The notes below the pieces were generated by a model. That model had not been told where the DNA came from, did not search any database, and saw only the letters and a program-made list of their open reading frames with translations. The position numbers were made by a program, and so were the translations under genes. Below, one piece after another: positions 61,001 to 64,000 of a stretch of 64,000 nucleotides of DNA (position 1 is the first letter of the stretch; each line of letters starts with the position of its first letter). This DNA comes from Camelus dromedarius. Lineage: Eukaryota. Where the stretch lies: contig NC_087436.1 in the NCBI RefSeq assembly GCF_036321535.1, positions 122,946,001 through 123,010,000 on the forward strand, written 5' to 3'.

Positions 61001-63331
61001 CCTGTGTGTCTCTCAGAGCTGCCCTTCACCTTCTCTCCCGCCTTTGCTGAGAGTTGTGGGTTTCATGATGTCATTCCCCACTATAGGGAGCTAGGAAAAG
61101 CGAAGCAAATGGAATCAACAGAATTACATTGATTTTCACTGTTAAACTAACTCCACTAAGTTGTGATGTTTTGTGCTTTTCTGTGTGCTGTTGGGTTTGA
61201 TTTGCTAACGCTGAATTTTATTTAGAATTAACGCTTTAAGGATTCTTTCGTCCATGTGCATGTGTGATATTGGTCATTGATTTGTTTTTGGAGAACTGCT
61301 TTTGGTTTTGTTGATTTTTCCCTCATTAATCTCGTTCTTATGTTCATTTCCTTCCTGCCTCAAAGCAAGATGTTTAAAGGGCAATATTACACAAATTGGG
61401 GCTTATTACTATTGTAGAAAACAAACTGCGGCCACAAGCCCAGCCTGTATTTTACTTAGTAAAGACATTTTTTAAGCTCATTTTTGAGTAAAATCACAGC
61501 ACTGAACTGACACGTGTATTTTTCTGACTTTCAGGAGGGTTTGCATTTGTATATGAAGCTCAGGATCTGGGAAGTGGCAGAGAGTATGCACTGAAGGTAA
61601 AAAGGGTGACAGCATTTTTATGGGGTTTTAGTTCGTTTTAAAGGAGATCTCCAAGTGACATTTTCAGAGATTTGTTCCTATTCTTTATTTTATGTTTCTT
61701 TCTTACAGTCTGTGTCTGTTTGTCTTATTTGTTTATTTCAGCGTGAAGCCATCAGCAGTTCTGAGGACTTTAAAGCTGTGGCTTCCAGCTTTGGGGCGGG
61801 GACCCAGTGGAGGGTGGAGGGTGACCTCACAGTGTTGAAACTGCCAAAATAAGGGCTCCACAGATGCCAGGAGTTTGAAAGCCACTCATGTGAAACAGCG
61901 TGTCACAGTGTACCTGTAAATGGGGGGCGGGGGGCATCTGGCCCACGTCGGGTGCTGGGCGCACAGGCTGGTTTGTCTTGAGACTCGCCGAGGGCTGGTC
62001 TTGGTGCACAGCTGAGCTGGGGGCGTACTTGGACTGTGTTGTCCCAGAGCCAGACCCATGTCTCCCCTCCCTTCCCTCTAGCCTGTTTGAAGAAAACCCT
62101 CCTGTTTTTAGTTTTTCTTGCATCCTTGGATCGTGACCATTTCCGAGGGTCTTTAACCTCTGTCAAGTTTCTACATGAGTCCACGTTAGAACACAGTTAG
62201 GCAGGGTGAGCTCTTAGATGCGTTGTGTTTGTTCTCTTGGATGCAGCGTGGAAAGAGCAAATCTTTCATCTTCTCTCGTGTGTTCTTTCCCGATACAGAG
62301 ATTACTGTCTGACGAAGAGGAGAAGAACAGAGCCATCATTCAGGAAGTTTGTTTCATGGTATCCTTTCTGGGGACTGAGCGCAGACCTGGTCGCGTGGCG
62401 GGGCCTGTGCCCGGCTCCTGACGGCACCCTTCTCGATGTGCTTTCACTGGGCTTCCCTGTGGCGTGTCTCGCACAAGGGACTTTTTTTCTTGTTCTTCAC
62501 TCTCAGGGTGATAAACAGGGAGGGTCTGTAGCTTTGGGAGTGGAGGTGGGCGTCCCTGACAAGAGGTCTACAGGCCCCGGGGGTGGGCCGACCCCTGCCT
62601 CTGCCCTGCGTCTGCCCCTCGTTCCCTGATGTGGCCCACGGCACCCGGCAAGTGGCTGTGCCCCCAGCCCCTCACCAGGCCTGGCTCCATATCGATTCTG
62701 CTCAGGGCCGGGGTCTGTCTCACGTCTCACCCTGGCTGGAGCGCTTGGGGCCTGGGTGTCCGTGCACAGAGGGCCCGTCTTGCTTGCTCCCCACTCCTGC
62801 ACACGTTCTCCCCAAGCTGGGGCCTTGCCCTTTGCTGTCAGAATCAGTTCTCTTCTGTCCTGAAGCACTGTTCACTGTGAGCCTGCCAGCCGCTTGGGCT
62901 GAGGGCGCTCACCTCGCTGGGCTTGAGTGGCTGCGTGTACCGTCACACCTCAGCCCTGCCGCACCCTGTGCTGCTGCCTTGCTTGGCTGGGGCTGGGTGT
63001 GGCCAGCCCACTGGGGTCTTCACCCTAGCCTGTCCTTCTCCTGCTCACACCCCCTGCATCCTGGCTGCCCCCACCCCCCCGCATCTTACTGCTCTGACAC
63101 CCTGCCATGGTGCACTCTTTGGATTCGGTGTTTTGACTTTAGTGCCCTAGAATTGTGTACATGTTTGTTCTCAAACGTGCAGGCTTATACCTTCTCCTTT
63201 AACAAGATCCCCACAGAAAAAACTTTCAGGTCACCCCAATATCGTCCAGTTTTGTTCTGCAGCATCAATAGGAAAAGAGGAGTCGGACACGGGGCAGGCC
63301 GAGTTCCTGCTGCTCATGGAGCTCTGCAAAG
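51620..63331 (+). CDS. GAK: Cyclin G-associated kinase (auxilin-2), exons 1-4; 3' partial
   Basis: Kozak gccgccgccATG at 51620. Exons 51620-51764, 61535-61596, 62299-62358, 63217-63331. Translation MSLLQSALDFLAGPGSLGG...LAEGGFAFVYEAQDLGSGREYALK(69)RLLSDEEEKNRAIIQEVCFMKKLSGHPNIVQFCSAASIGKEESDTGQAEFLLLMELCK gives the NAK kinase N-lobe. Confidence 0.97.
56020..58260 (-). mobile_element. Cluster of antisense L1 remnants with an inserted MLT1 LTR (about 57215-57495) in GAK intron 1
   Basis: L1 signatures tggaatcatgccgtgtggg and ttgctccagcaccgttggtggaaac. MLT signatures gtcctggaggcttggagtccgaggtcagg and ttaatcacctccctaaatgccct...cacattggggg. Confidence 0.65.
58610..58930 (-). mobile_element. L2 3' end remnant
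   Basis: gtgtgtcaggcactgttctagctgctggcaacac...tctacagcctggtgggagagac matches the antisense L2 tail. Confidence 0.6.
58960..61330 (-). mobile_element. Fragmented antisense L1 remnants upstream of GAK exon 2
   Basis: T-rich degenerate L1 ORF2 text (gttgaagaagtttcctttgattcc, tgattacactggccaggacttccagta, tttcatttatggatcatatttttg). Boundaries approximate. Confidence 0.6.
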
Positions 63332-64000
63332 GTCAGGTTCCAGCGGGTCTGAGCCCCGACAGCAGGGTGCGCCTGGGGCCTTCGCTCCTGAGACCCACTG
63401 GTCCCAGTGGAAGAGCGTGGCTAGCTGCCTGGCGGGAGCTCTTGCACCCCCACCCTGCCACGGCCTGTCCCAGCACTGGGGGGAGAGTCCCCCGGGGTCC
63501 CTGCCCTGGGGGCGAGAGCAGAGCTGGCGCTGGGAGGAAGGGTGAGCGCTGGCACCCTCGTGGGCTCTGGGGCAGCAGGAAGGAGCTTGGCCAGGAAATA
63601 GTCAGGCAAGGCTGGGAGCTGGGCCTGTGGGAGCTAGGCAGCTGCCTCGGCCCTCAGGGCTGGGCCCCGTCTGCAGTGCAGCAGGACCCACACCTGGAGG
63701 TCCCTGAGCTGCCCCCGTTCCTGTGGGTGGGGCGGCGTGTTCCCCTTGGAGGCCCCGCCCCGCCCACTTGGTCCCCGTCTGCCTCGTGCTCTGCTGCTGG
63801 CAGTGGACGTGTGTCTCTGTGTTTTCGGCTGTTTGTGTCTCTGGTTCGTGTGCTGTGTTCCCCGTTCACCATCCAGGATGCTTTGGCTTTGATGTTCGGT
63901 TTTAGAGGCTGTGGCTGCCCTGCTGCAGGTGCGTGCGGGCCTGGAGTGCAGGAGGTGCCAGGAGTGGGGCCTGGTTGCCCACATGTGTCGGGGCATCCTT

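Noticed and set aside
62583-63545. 320-aa ORF over GAK intron 3/exon 4
   Set aside because: Different frame from GAK exon 4, no ATG context or domain; a chance ORF.

Overview
Mammalian, GC-rich genomic DNA, not prokaryotic. It is the block syntenic with human 4p16.3, in the order IDUA (-, exons 1-12; the 3' end runs off the left edge), SLC26A1 (+, nested antisense in IDUA intron 2), DGKQ (+, 23 coding exons, complete), TMEM175 (-, 10 coding exons, complete) and GAK (+, exons 1-4, partial, head-to-head with TMEM175 on a shared CpG island). All exon boundaries were read by hand from splice dinucleotides and frame continuity. Three tRNA-Ala-derived SINEs of the Vic-1 type suggest a camelid genome (inference). 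Introns hold old L1, L2, MIR, MaLR/ERVL LTR and hAT remnants. The most notable observations are: Met at the GAK kinase gatekeeper (Thr123 in human), an in-frame stop-free GC-AG intron in IDUA, candidate poison micro-exons in DGKQ and TMEM175, non-human residues at both Parkinson-associated TMEM175 positions, three extra IDUA N-glycosylation sequons, and an ARE plus HNF1/FOXA-like cassette upstream of SLC26A1. I found no new gene system. Human residue comparisons are from memory of the reference proteins and need an alignment.
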